This document shows, one piece after another, positions 10,432 through 23,564 of a DNA stretch of 51,736 nt. A model generated the notes under the pieces. That model was not told where the DNA came from, did not search any database, and saw only the letters and a list, made by a program, of their open reading frames with translations. A program made the translations under genes and the position numbers. The DNA is taken from positions 38,905 through 90,640 of the forward strand of contig PS015261.1 in NCBI GenBank assembly GCA_048213135.1, given 5' to 3'. The stretch is from Reclinomonas americana ATCC 50394. Its lineage: Eukaryota. Numbering within the stretch: the first letter of the stretch is position 1; every line of letters starts with the position of its first letter.

Positions 10432-12609
10432 CTACACTCGCCCGCGTTCTGCCTCCTCCTCCTTGGCCGCGTGCACTGCAGCAATTGTCCTTTGCAGTGC
10501 GTGTACCCATTCACCACGCTATAGAGAACAGATCCAATCAGCATCAAAGAATCCACAGACGTCTGGCTTTCTCTCGCGCACATACAAACCTCCATCTCAT
10601 TCGGTGCCTGCAGCACCACATCGGGGCGGCCGTCGACATGAATGGAAAACTGCGCGTCGGTATTCGGCACCGATCGCACCTCCAACGACGGCTCCTCCAG
10701 CGGAATGGTGTCGGTGACGTGGCGCAGCGCCACTCGTGTGGACCGGTGCAGCGCAATTACGTCGGTGAACAACATGAGATCGGCGTGCTTCAAGCGCGTG
10801 CGATCCGACTTGGCGGCCTTTTGCACGGCGCCCTCCTTGATGAGGCGGCGGTTGTGGGGGCCCGGCTGCGCCACATCACGCATTGTGAGTGCCTCTCATA
10901 ACCACTGCTGCTGCGCGAGTGAGTGCAGAGACACGCACCGGTACATCCATCAAATCCTGCAGCTCGATCACTCGATGAATGTTGTCAAAATCGCGTTTCC
11001 GCTCATTGCAGTAATTCGTAATGTCCTCGACCTCATCCAGCGCCTTGACCACGGTCTGGTAGTGCGGATGCGACTCTTCCATGTGTCGAATAAAGTCCTG
11101 TGGTGATAGGTGAGCTCAGGCGTGGAAGTGGGCAGGTAGATCGGAAAGAGACACTCACCATCAACAGCAACGCGTAGCGTGGCAGTCGCTGAATGGGCTT
11201 CACCAGTTGTCCCTGTAAAGCACGACGACGCAGGTGAGACAGTGTCTTCGCCACCTTCCGTGCGGCGCACAAACCTCGAGTGCCACTCCCTTCAATCGCG
11301 GATCCTTGTTGGCCTCCGCCAAAAATGCCTTGACCTTGCCCTTCTTCTTCTTCTCCGCCAGCGTGAATGTCAGTGCCTCGTACTGGTTCACAAAGGTGGC
11401 GTACTCTCTGCGCACGAAACGAGTCAGGCAACGGAGACAGACGACTGGGGAGAGGGAAAAAAGGAGAGGTGCGCACCGGAATCTCTTGCTATTGGCCACA
11501 AACACAGCCGCAATGTTGAGTTGCAGCGTAGCGTCGTACCATCCTCGCGCATCCAGCTTGCGTCCACGGTCGCGCAGCAGCTCCAGTGTGGGCTGGCACA
11601 TGCGCAGCAGGTCCGACAAGAAGGCCTCGTTGATGTTGCGCAGTTTCTGTGGGGCGGGTGATTGAGGAAGGGTGGCGATGCAAACAGAACAATGGACAAG
11701 AATGGACAAAAGTGGCTTGCCAAACACTGGCTAACACACTCTTCCTCTCACTCTCTCTCTCTCTCACTGAGATCTCGAGATGGCAGGTATTGCAAGAATG
11801 CACGTGTACTCTCTCTCTCTCTCTCTTTCTCTCTCCTCCATCCTTGCAGAGCGCTGAACAAAAAGCACACGCATAATCTTTTTTCAATCTCTCTCTCTCA
11901 CTCTCACACACACAAACACATACACACATACACACATACACACCCTCTACAGACAACTACATCAACTTCCACCTCATTTGTGGAGCAACTAGACAGGTGT
12001 GGAAGGTGCTGTCCTCGACTTCGCTGCATCTTTTTGGTCACTCACTCACTCACTCACTCTGCAAGAAGAATGCGCGACCGATTTCGAGAGAAGACCCTCT
12101 GCGTATCTCTGAACACAACACTGAAGCTGTCATCCTCAGCTCATTCTGCCTCTTTCTCTCCCCCTCTCTCTCTCCCTCCCTCCCCCCCTCTCCTCCTTCC
12201 CCCTTCCCCTTCTTCCCCCTTTCCCTTCATCCCGCTCACCCTCAGCTGGCCAAAAATCAAATCCAACCGCCCATCCTGCATCAACTGCTGCTCCCGCATC
12301 GGCAACTCAAAAATGTCCTCCACCGCGCGCAACGAATCAATGTACGCGCGCTCCGTCTCAATCAGCTCGCGCACCACCTTGGCACGATGCTGCATCTGAT
12401 TATTCTGCGACTGTGTCGGCTGATGATTCGACCCCGGCGAGTACAGACTGTCGGCCGACATGTGCGCCTCCTGCGCCCACCGCTGTCGCCTCTCCTCGCG
12501 NNNNNNNNNNNNNNNNNNNNTTGCGACCACGGGTTCGCCGCGCCTTTGTCGCTCTGCGCGTCCAGCAGTCTCTGGTACGTGTCGGTCTCCGAGGGGGATG
12601 GACTGGCGT
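10432..12609 (-). CDS. Dbl-family RhoGEF (DH-PH)
   Basis: DH motifs RAKVVRELIETERAYIDSL, LVKPIQRLPRYALLL, HPHY..V.KAL and CNERKR; PH motifs RRLIKEG, LMLFTD and EWVHAL; GT-AG introns in phase. Confidence 0.95.
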
Positions 12610-13609
12610 CTGCGTGGGGGGGGAAGGAGAGGAGAGGGAGAGGAAGGGAAGGGGAAGGAGAGGGGAAGGAAAACAGAGGGAAGAGGGGAAGGAGAGGGGA
12701 AGGAGAGGAAGGGGAGGAGACGGAAAGGAGGTGGGAAGAGAGAGGGAAAGGAGAGGGAACACGGATGGAACACAGAGAGAACAGAGATGGAACACACACA
12801 CAAACAGAGACAGAGAGACAGAGAAAGAGAGAGAGAGAGACAGGGAAAACAAACGAGAGGAAGAAGGATGGAAGCAGAGTAGAAGAGACAGAAACATCAG
12901 AAAAAGAGAACGCGACAGCGACAGAAGGAGAGAAAGGGAAGAGGAACGAGAGAACAGAGAGCAAGAGAGAACGAGAGAAGGAGGGGCAGGGAGTGGGAGC
13001 GACAGTGGGGGAAAGAAGAGAAACAGGAAACAAGCGGAAAGCCAAGGAGGAGAGAACAACAGAAGCCGAGAACGACAGAACGAGAGCAAGAGAGTGAGAG
13101 AGAGAGAGAGGAGGGAGAGAGAGAGAGAGAGTGACGTCCGTTAGGTGCACGTCTTACCGAACCCCCGGACCAACAGAGACAAGTCGCANNNNNNNNNNNN
13201 NNNNNNNNNNNNNNNNNNNNNNNNNNNNNNNNNNNNNNNNNNNNNNNNNNNNNNNNNNNNNNNNNNNNNNNNNNNNNNNNNNNNNNNNNNNNNNNNNNNN
13301 NNNNNNNNNNNNNNNNNNNNNNNNNNNNNNNNNNNNNNNNNNNNNNNNNNNNNNNNNNNNNNNNNNNNNNNNNNNNNNNNNNNNNNNNNNNNNNNNNNNN
13401 NNNNNNNNNNNNNNNNNNNNNNNNNNNNNNNNNNNNNNNNNNNNNNNNNNNNNNNNNNNNNNNNNNNNNNNNNNNNNNNNNNNNNNNNNNNNNNNNNNNN
13501 NNNNNNNNNNNNNNNNNNNNNNNNNNNNNNNNNNNNNNNNNNNNNNNNNNNNNNNNNNNNNNNNNNNNNNNNNNNNNNNNNNNNNNNNNNNNNNNNNNNN
13601 NNNNNNNNN

Positions 13610-13940
13610 GGTGACCTCATACTGCATAGCGATTCGCGCACCGACGTTCTTCGAATAGCGGAAGTACAAGACAGCATCACAACAAGGCAAGCAGGCGCAC
13701 AGGCAGCATTGCCCGCACGAATCCCTGCAGCACTGGCAGCACAGACAACACGAGCTGCAAAATCCCAATGAGTGTCGGAAATGAATGAGTGAATAAGTGA
13801 AGGTCGCTCTCTCTGTCTTGCGCTGTGTGTGAGTGTGTGTGTGTGTGTCAGATTGATGCGCACCAGCACGAGCACAACCGATAGCAACACTTGCAGCAGT
13901 GACAGCTCGAATTTGCGCCGTTGCAGCACACGCCTCCCAT
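13610..13940 (-). CDS. Cysteine-string N-terminal exons (MGGVCC...), possibly the 5' end of the RhoGEF
   Basis: CACA-ATG start; TG|GTGCGC...TTTTGCAG|C splice gives 23 Cys in the first 51 aa; runs into gap 13188-13609. Confidence 0.7.
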
Positions 13941-14223
13941 TGTGCGCACGCTCCTCTGCACGTACACACAGCAGTCACAGTGAGTAACACACACACGCAC
14001 ACAGAGAGGTGCGGAAGAACCCGACATGTCCATGTAACCTCTTGTCTTTCCCGCGCGGGCGATCACACAACCGTAGACCTTATCCTTCCTTTCTCTCTCG
14101 CTGTCTTGCACAGGGAGAAGTGCCACGATGCGACAAGACAAGAGAATCGACCCTGCCCCCGCGTTTGCTCACACTCCGCCGTCGGTCGATCCACCATCTG
14201 CCTCGTCCACTTCAATTGCGTTC

Positions 14224-16552
14224 ATGCGCCCTCATGTGATCGCTCCCTCGCGTCGCCGAGGGCCCAGTCCTGCGTGGAGCCACACCTCCAACGAAGACGA
14301 CGATGACGGCGATGGCAGTGCAGATCACGAGAAAGAAGTGCAGAAGAAGACTGCAACAACAAAGACTGCCACACTCACACTGCTTCCGCGTCGCCTGATC
14401 GCGCACGACGGACAAGCCGAGCAAGACGAGGAAGAAGAAGAAGAAGACGAGCGCGAAGAGTTGAGGCACATGCAGATTGGCAAGAGGAGAGAATATAATA
14501 TGCTCATTTCGTTTGTCACAGGTTCCTCTTGTCGCACTTGTCTTCCTCCGGCTCCTCCTCCTCGCCCATGTCGTCGTCCTCATCGCCGACTGTCACGCGC
14601 GGAAGCACGCGAGCTGCACGCGCGGGCGTAATGGGCTCGCCTCCATTGGCCAGTCGACATGCAGCGGGTGGACCACTGTCGGCGACACAGAGGCGCGTGG
14701 CCCGGCTCGTGCGCATGCTGGCAGTGGCTGCTGTTAGCATGCTGGTTTACTTGCCTTGTTATGTCGTTTTTGTGGTGCTGTTTTCCACGTCCTTTTGTAG
14801 CTTATACATGCGTGCGCGCAGATGTGACGCTGACGATGGGTGGCGAGGGATGGGTGTCGCTGGTCGGCTTACCGTTTCTGATCGTATCGATGTCTCTCTG
14901 TTACGCGCCTTTTCTCTCTATCTCGCGCGCTCATGTTGTCGTTGACATGTGCGCTTCTGCACAGTTGGCTGGTGGAGCGATCGATGTCGAGTGCGGTTCG
15001 GCAGGAGGCGACCGTTCATTGTCGCCGGTACAGTCGGCATTACGCTGGCCATTGTCTTCAAGTGCGTCAGCGCCTTTTCTCGTCCCTCTCGCTGGGCGAT
15101 CGGTGCTGAGAGTGTTGTGTGTGCAGAGTGCTGGCCGACATGCTGCCGAGTGGTGCGACAGTGTGGTGCTCGTTGGCGCAGGTGGTGCTGTGGAGTGTGG
15201 CGGCGGGGATGGTGGAGGCGCCGAGTCGTGCACTTGTCGTCGACTTGTTTCCCAGGAGCGATCTCTTTACGCTCAACTCGTTCATGAGGTACGACATGCA
15301 CAACACAAGTTCGATATTCCTTCTCAGTCGCTCATGTGACGCACAGTGGGTGGATTGGTGTGTCGGTGGCCTGTGCGTACGTGCTGTCGAGAATCAACTG
15401 GCAGGCGGTGCTATCGGTCGCCGGCGCCGACACGCTAGGCAGCAGCATTCTCATGGTGCTGGCCATGGTGGCGGTGACGGTGACAGTGTGTCTGGTGGGA
15501 CGGGAAGATGACCAGCAGCAGCAACAGCAGCGGCAGATACCAGCGGCCATCCAGCGATACATGCTGCACCAGGAGCGCGTGCGAGGGTTCTTGCAGACGG
15601 TGCGGTCGGCTCCTGGCGACTTGCCGCGTGCAGCTTGCATATTCTACACCGGGTGGCTGGGTTGTTGCGTCGTCGTTGTCGCACTGAGTTCTTGTCGTGC
15701 TGCGGGTTGACCGAAGTGAATGTGGCAGACTTTAGCTTTGTGACGGCGGCGCCGTCGTGGATCGCCACGCAAGTGTATGGTGGCGATGGCACTGCGCCGC
15801 CAGGTTCACCGGCTTTCGTGGCCTTCGAGGTGCGTGTGTCAAGGAATCGCCTTTATTTGGTTGCACTGTCGCTCACCGCTCCTTCATATAGGATGGCATT
15901 GCGGCTGCAGAACTGGCGTTTGGCATGTCGGGAGTGGTTGCCGCCGTGTGGGCTCTTTTAGTGCTCCCGCAGCTGGTCAAACTGGGATACAGAAGCACGT
16001 TTTTCATCGGCGGCTTCCTCCTCACGGTGCTGTGCGCCTGCACGCTGGTCGTCGGTTCCTCGCGCATTGGTGCGTTGTTCGTGCATATGCTTCTTTGCTC
16101 GTCTCCTAATCGCCTGTCTGCAGTCGCTGTGCTCCTGGTCGCCGCGAGTGGCATTTCGCTAGCCACGCTCTTTGCGTTGCCACATGCCACGGTGGCCCGC
16201 GTCGCCGACAACGCCGCTGGCACTTACCTTGGTTGCGTTGTGCACTCACCTTCTCCCATTGTTCTCGTTCTCACTTACACGTGCAGGCGTTCTCGTCGCC
16301 TTTGGAGCGGCCGCCATCCTCACCTCCAGCCTCATCATCGGTCCACTGGCCGACGCACTGGCCGGCGCAGGCGGCAAGACCCACGACGTCTGGTTCTACC
16401 TGCTCGGTATCGTGCTACTCGGTGGTGGCGCCTCCTCCGCGGCCTCCTTTAGCAGTTGCTGTTTGCTGCCGGCGCAGAGCGTGACCTCCGCCGACAGCGA
16501 ACGTGACGATGATGCCACCGCCGTGACCCGTTATAGAGCATCCATTCAATAG
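14224..16552 (+). CDS. MFS transporter of the sucrose:H+ symporter (SUC/SUT, SLC45) family
   Basis: GWWSDRCRVRFGRRRPFI, EAPSRALVVDLFP, WLGYFSF...WIATQVYGGD and LFALPHA motifs across ~10 exons; acidic N-terminal extension. Confidence 0.88.
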
Positions 16553-17038
16553 CAAGTAAGTAAAGAGGGGAGCTGTGTAGGAGAAGAGGGGAGGAGAAAG
16601 GGAGGAGGTAGGGGAAGGGGGGAGGACGGGAGAAGCTGAGGCAGAGAGAAGAGAGCGCGAGTTCACTGAGAGCTATGGCGAGGATTGAGGGAGAGGCAAC
16701 GAGAAGATTGAGAGACTTCGATTGCGATGTGGAGAACAGGCGGAGGAGCAGAAACAGACGGAGAAATCCAGAATTCAATCGCAGGTGGCGACAGATGCAG
16801 AGAGGGGTGAAGCATGCAGAATGCGTGAACGTCGACGGCGAGACTGAGAAATAGATCTATAGAATGCGGGGGAGGCGTAGAAAAATACAGAGAGTGAGAC
16901 GCCGAGTGAGAAGCTTGCAATGAGGAGCAGCTGCAGACGCAGAGATCGACAGAACTCGGATCGCAGAGTGGATAGAGAAGCAAGTAGGGCAGATATTTCT
17001 CGATGAAAGAGATTAATGAGGAGAAGCACGTGATCGAC

Positions 17039-17234
17039 CTCTTCACAATTCCACAGCTGCACACCCCCTTTCTGCACTGCCCATCCTCCTCCTGCACGGA
17101 GAAGCAAGGAGGAAAGCTGCTTCTCGAGAGGAAACTTCGCGAAGTCGATCGACAGCAAAGTAACCAACCGTTGACATCTCCACAATTCCGCAACTGCACA
17201 CCTCATTCTGCACCACCCATCCTCCTCCCGCACA
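17039..17234. repeat. ~58-bp imperfect direct repeat, 137-bp period, upstream of the COPI-associated gene
   Basis: cacaattcc.ca.ctgcacacc...ttctgcac..cccatcctcctcc.gcac at 17044 and 17181. Confidence 0.8.
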
Positions 17235-17344
17235 CACCACACTCCACATTCCACCGCCACCAAACACAACTTCGACGAGATTGCCTTATTTGGTCATCGG
17301 GACTCCCCGCGTTTATTGCCTCCTCCCACACACACACGCGCACA

Positions 17345-18253
17345 ATGGGATGCACACTCGGCGACTGGCTCTTCACACCCAGACTCCTGCAATGGCTGGT
17401 CAGTCACACACACAAGAAGAGAAGGACGCATGTGTGTCTGCTCACATTCACACTCACACAAAAAAAGGGTTTCGCGGGTGCTCTCATGTGCGTCGGCAAC
17501 GGATTCGCCTCACTCATTGTCGTCCTCCCGTTGCCATATCGACTCGGTGAGTGAGAGTGTGAGAGAGAAGTCGGTTGCATCCTTTATGCTCACTCATTTG
17601 TTATGCAATCAATCAGCGGTCTTGTTTGTAATGTTGATTGTGTTTGGCACGGTGGCATTCCTCGCCGAGCTTAAACTGCCGTTCTTGTACGAGCGAGTGC
17701 CGTTTATGTCGTGGCGCTTTGGACGGTGAACACACACACACACACTCACTCAACGATTGACACATTACACACTATTCGCTCACGCTGTGTGCACTCAGAG
17801 GAGTCGCATATGCGATTGCAGGGTTTGCCTGTGCGGAAAAGTCGTGGTGGGAAGTCGTCACAGCGTTGCGTCTATTTCTCTAACACGCACACAGTCGCTG
17901 TCACCTCGCTGAGCGTTGATTTGCAGTTTGTACTTGCTCGGCCTTGGTCTGTGGAACATCCTGGCACACTTCTTCTACAGCGATCGCTCGGATGAGCTGG
18001 TTGTGGTCAACCCGGATAAGCCGTTTGTCGATGCGCCTCCTCCCACGGCAGCAGCAGGTTTGCGCGCGCGCGCGCGCGAGGGAGTCACGTGCAGTCCATT
18101 GCTCAGTGTGTGCTCGCAGGGAATCGCTCGGCAATGTCGTCTCCGTCGACGACCTCGCTCACTCGCAGCGTCGACGCGTCGAGTCCTACAGGTGCGGCGT
18201 CGATGGCCGCCAAGTACCCGCCGGGAGGATTGCCGGCGGCGTCGCGAGTTTAG
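17345..18253 (+). CDS. COPI-associated / TVP15-like Golgi membrane protein (6 exons)
   Basis: Small multi-pass protein with AELK..F...VPFMSWRFGRGVAYAIAG, matching the family F-x-F-L...GRG-x-x-Y signature. Confidence 0.75.
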
Positions 18254-18391
18254 AAGTGCCTCTGTCTTTCCCTTTCCATTTGCCATTTTTTCTTTCTTTC
18301 CTTTCCTTCCTTTTCTTCCCTCCCCTCGCACGCGTGCGCTAAATGTGGTATAATTTCGAGGTTTTCCCTACTCTCATTGCATTGCGTTTAA

Positions 18392-20802
18392 TCACTTTTT
18401 GCCGTGCTTGTGGAAGGCCGCTGGTTTCTTCTTCAGCGATTGGCCATTCGGTCGAGGCTTGCCGAGTGGCTTCTTTGCCTGCATCGTCGCCTTGCCGCCC
18501 TTCTTGAACGCGCCTGCTGCATCCTCTGTATGCATCGCCGTGTCAGCTTCTGATCGTCATCGCTCACACGAAAAAAAAACTCGACACTCACCACCACGTC
18601 GTTTAGGTGACGGCGTCGCGGCCGCCGTCTTGCTCTTCTTCTTCGGTGGCTCCGGAACAGGCTCCTCTTCCTCCTCCTCCTCGTCGTCGTCATCATCATC
18701 ACCATCCTCCTCCTCGTCGTCCACGACATCGTCGTCGTCGGTGGCATCGCTGACGCCAGCGTCATACTCCTCCTCCTCCTCGTCATCCGAGTCGTCATGT
18801 GCGCGCTTCGTGCCCTTCTTCTTGCCCTTTCTGGGCACGTCCTCCTCGGGCTTCGGGCCCTTGGAGTTCGACAGCTTCTTGATGCGTGCAATGTAGAAAC
18901 CGTCCATGTTGTGTGTGTGCGGGTACACGCGCTTGGTGAGCGCCTGTTTNNNNNNNNNNNNNNNNNNNNAGCGCATAGTCAATGACCGCCTCGTTTTCCT
19001 CCACCGTGACTGTGCAAGTCGAGTAACTGCGATGTGGTGGAGAGAAACTCAGTCACACGCTCCTATGCAAGGATCACCCCGGCGCCCTGCACGCAACACA
19101 AGAATGCCGCCGCTCTTCGAATCTGCGTTCACACTGTCGATCGCGGCGAGGATCAACTCCTTCTGCAGCTGCGAGCAAAACACAATGTCGCGATCCGTCT
19201 GCAGCACGCATCGATGAGTACACGATGCTCATTGCGACAAACGCGACACCCATTCGTACCTTGGAGACTTTGACGGACGGGTCGCGCGAAATGACACCGA
19301 GACCGGAGCACGGGGCGTCGAGCAGACACCGATCAAAGTGCGTCATGTGCTCGGGTATCTTGCGACCGTCGAGATTCGTAATCACCGTGTTGTGCACGCC
19401 TGCCGGACTCAAGAAGTGAGTTGATTGACAAAGACACGCATCGCTCCATGAGCAACAAACCCATGCGCGCCAAGTTGGCCGACACAGAACGCAGGCGCTC
19501 GCGACTCGAATCGTTGGCAATCAGCGTGCCCGTGTTGCGCATCAACGCCGCTGTACAAGGAAGAGAGAGTCAGCAAAATTACAGATCCCCGCTCCTCCAT
19601 CGCCGTCGCTCACCAATGTAGGACGTCTTGCCGCCGGGAGCCGCCGCCATGTCGAGAATTCTCTCGTTCTCCATCGGCTGCAACGCCAGCACCGGGAGGA
19701 ACGACGAAGCGCTCTGCATTCATCACCAACAAATATTATGAGCACCTCCTCTCCCCACACAACTCTTGGGAGACAAGACAAATACCTGCAGCATGTACTG
19801 GCCGGCGAGGTACTCGGGCGTGGCGCCAATCGGCACCGGGCTGTCGAACACTTGCAGACCGACCTTCGACCACTTGTCAATCGGATCGACATTGACACCG
19901 CGCGCAATCAGCGCCTGCGCCAAGTCGCGTCGTCGTGTGCGCAGCGTGTTCACGCGAATGGTGATGGGTCTCGGCTGCTCGTTGGCGTCGAGGAACTCAA
20001 TGAGCTCGTCCGGCGGGAACAACTCGCTGAACTTTTCAATCAGGTACGGCACGTATCCGTAGTAGGTGGCCAGGTCGCGCTGCGCAGTGGTGTGTTGGTT
20101 AAGGAAAGGGGGGAGGGGAAGGGGGCGGGGAGGTAAAGGAGGATGAACCTTCAACATGTCGGTGTACTCCTTGCGAGAGCGGTTCGGATCGCGGCGCTCC
20201 TTGAAATCGGCCAGCACCAGCATGACACGCTGGATGCGATCTTGCACCACGCTCAGGTCCTCGATGAGGAGGCCGTGTTGGGCGGCTGCATAGAGGGCAA
20301 AGGGAATGATGAGTCTCATGAGGAAGAACACGGCCCCGCATTCCACACGCAGATACAAATGGAGTTTCTACCTTGCTCTCTGTCCTTCATTCCGATCCAT
20401 TAAGTTCTCTCATTCACCTTCTCTCATGGCACTCTCAGAGTCTGTCTGTTTCACACCCAGATATAACTGAATGTTTCTCCCTTACTCTTTCTTTCCTGTC
20501 ACATTTCTTGTCACTCTCTCATTCACATTCTCCTCGAGTCTGTCTGTTTCATGGGCAGATACAACTGGAGCCGTCTCATTACTCTCTCTCTCTCTCTCTC
20601 TCTCTCATTCCGTGTCATTTTCAAATCACATTCTCCTTGGCACTCTCAGCGTCTGTCATTTCCACACCCAGATATGACTGAAGCTTGCCCTTTTCTCTCC
20701 CTCCTTCTCTTCCGTTCGTTGTCATTACTTCTCATTCTCCCTCGGCACTCTTGGTGTCTACCATTCCACACGAGAAACTAATGCAGTTTCCCTTTCCCGT
20801 TC

Positions 20803-20833
<31 letters not shown>

Positions 20834-22286
20834 GTCACACACGCACTTACACTCCTTCTCATTCTCCCATGGCACCTTTTTCCACACACGCATCCGACTG
20901 CGGCCTCCCTCACTTTATCGCTCTGTTTTTCTCGCCCTCCTTACTGGTGTCTCTCTTCTTTATTCCTTTTCTCCCTGCGCAGCCCTGCTCATCATTCTCA
21001 CCACCTCTGTCTCTTTCTCTGCCCAACGCACCTTGTGCTGCATGTCTCACTGTCAAGTCGCTGCATACTCACGACGGAGAAGAACAACACAACAAGGAAG
21101 AAAAGCAAGAAGATGAAGGGGAGAGAAGAGAAGAAATAATAGACCAGGAGAAAAAGGAGCAAGAGGAGAGCAACAAAATACACCTCGTCTCCATACCAAC
21201 ACCATCACATCCCCCTCCCTCCGCCACACCTCCCCCCTTCCCCTTGCCCTCTTCCCCCTTTCCCTTGTCCTCTCTTCCCTCTTCCTCACCTTCCGCCGCC
21301 TCCTTCTCCGCATCCATCAAATCCCCCAGCTCATCCTCCGCCTGCTTGGACTCCTCCAACTCCGCCGCCGCATCCTTCTCCTGCTGCTCCATCTCCACCT
21401 CCAGCTTGCGCGCCTTGCGCTCAAACTTGGTCTCCTTCTCCTCCTCCTCCTCCTCCTCATCATCATCATCGCTGTCACCATGATCCACAACCTCATCCTC
21501 GTCCTCATCGTCATCGTCGTCCTCGTCAAACAACGCCGCCTTCTTGCCCTTCTTCGGCTTCAACCACTTCGCGTTCTCATCAGAGAAGCCCGACTTGGCG
21601 GCCTTCTTCGTCTGCTTGGCGTCGGGAGTGGGCGCATCCGGGTCCACATCCTCCTCCTCCTCATCGCTGTCCATGAGCTCCGGCGGCACCTCATACGCAT
21701 CCGTGTCAAACTCATCGACTTCCTCCATAAAGTCATCCTCTGCACATTGAGCAGTGAGCACAAAGAGAGAGACTAGTCTGTGTGCATGCATGATCGCCCG
21801 ACCTGAGTCATCGCTTCCCATGTCGGCCAGCTGCGCCTCAATGCCATCCGCATCCATCAACTCCATGTCGCCAAAGTCATCTCCGCTCGCCTCATCCTCC
21901 TCCTCAGAGGACGACTGGACGACCAACTGCTTCTTCTTGCCCTTGCCTGCAACAGCAGCGGGCTTGGACTTGACAGCAGTCTTCTTGCTCTTCTTCTGCA
22001 CACCAGCCGCTCTGCACATAGCACGAATGAGCAATGTGCACATATAGTGTAATAATGATGAGAGAGGATATGCACTTGGAGGCAGGCGGAGTGGCCACTG
22101 CCGGGCTGCTGCTCGGGTGGGCTGTGCATGTGAATGTGCACATGGCGCACACACACGCACAAAAACAAACACACGAACGCGCGCAATCAGCCGCTGAGGC
22201 AAACAGAGGCGGATAGAGAGAGTGGGGGGTGGCGTACCTCGAGTGCTCACTCGTCGTCGTTGCACTTGCTTGCCACCGCCCTTCAT
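18392..22286 (-). CDS. NOP2: NOP2/NSUN1 25S/28S rRNA cytosine-C5 methyltransferase
   Basis: GFSDENAKWL, DLATYYGY, RPITIRVNTLRTRRRDLAQALIARGV, PIGATPEYLAGQY, ILDMAAAPGGKT, LLDAPCSGLG, VYSTCTV..EENEAV and RVYPHTHNMDGFYIA. Confidence 0.97.
20335..20910. repeat. Degenerate ~100-115-bp minisatellite (5-6 units) in the ~1-kb NOP2 intron
   Basis: Recurrent ttYcacacNcagataYRactgRa core near 20350, 20458, 20556, 20669, 20771 and ~20888. Confidence 0.65.
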
Positions 22287-22361
22287 TGAAATAAGTACGA
22301 ATGAGGACAGAGCGAGCAGCGACTGTCCATCGCCGAGTTCTCGATGTTGCTGAACTCTTGT

Positions 22362-23045
22362 GATCGTACGCTGCAGAAGAGTAGACGAGAGTGCACTGCG
22401 CGATCCGCAGAGAAAGAACGAGCAGGAATTAATTCGAATTGACCACGTGCACTGCATGCGCATGCAGCGTTCGCGATCGAATTCGAATTCTTCGCTCTTG
22501 ACTTTGCTGATCGCTTCTCTCGAAATAACACGCTGTAGAAGTGTATGAGGGGGTGCAGGGCGCGATCAACAGAGAGAAAATGAGAGGGAATTCGTTGTGT
22601 AATCACCGGAAGACAACTGCAATGCCGAAGCGTTTTCTCGTTCCTGCTCCCTTGTCGATCGCTTCTCTTGCATTCCCGTAGTACAGAAGGGAAACGCGGA
22701 GTGCAACGTGCGATTGGAGGCGGAAAAATGACAGCGCGGACGTCGACGTTGAGTAAAGCGAACAGGAACTGTACATCAAACCGTTTTCGCTGCTGCTGCG
22801 CTGTCGATCGCTTCTTTTGCATTCCTATGCTGCAGAAGAGTAAGAGGGAGACTATTGTGCGATCCGAAGCGCAAGAATAGCAACGCATTCGTTGTGTAAA
22901 GCGAACCGGAACTGTACATCGCACCGTTTTCTTGCTCCTGCTTCGCCGTTGATCGCCTTTTTGAATTTCCCGCTGCAGAAGAGTAAAAGGGAGACTATTG
23001 TGCAATCCAAAGCGAAAAAACGACAACGCATTCGTTGTGTAATGA
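22362..23045. repeat. Degenerate tandem repeat, period ~145-149 bp (4-5 units), between divergent genes
   Basis: GATCG at 22362, 22509, 22657, 22806 and 22951; units share gctgcagaagagta, ttcgttgtgtaa, ggaactgtacatc and cgttttc. Confidence 0.85.
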
Positions 23046-23102
23046 CCAGAGGACAGATCCACCGCGAGCAGCATCTGTCCACTGTGACACTCTCTCTTCC
23101 TG

Positions 23103-23515
23103 ATGCGTGCGCCGTCACTGGTGACAGTGGCCGGCATTGCGCTGGTACTCCTCTCGCTCATTGTTCTAATGAGCAACAGCGCAGCGCTGTCACGATGGCG
23201 CTTCTCGGCATCGTCATCGTCGACATGGCCACGCAAACAATCGCCTTCCACGCTTTCGTCATCTTCCGCCTCGTCTTCGCATTCATCGCCATCATCAGCA
23301 GTGAAGAGAGAGACAGGCGCAGCTTCATTAGTTGCAAAGGATGTCGTGCAACCAGGTGACGTCCGATCTCACTCATTGCCTCATACTTACTCTCTGAGAG
23401 AGTTGCACTGTGCTTGTCATGTTGTCCTTCCTCTTTCTCTCTCTCACTCTCTCATTCACTCACTCGCTCACTCTCTCACACTCATATTTCCGTCTCTATG
23501 CGTCACTCATTCACT

Positions 23516-23564
<49 letters not shown>

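Noticed and set aside
22362-23045. CRISPR-like array or coding repeat (ORF 22283-23251)
   Set aside because: Whole units are homologous with no unique spacers, no cas genes are present, the context is eukaryotic, and unit lengths are not multiples of three.
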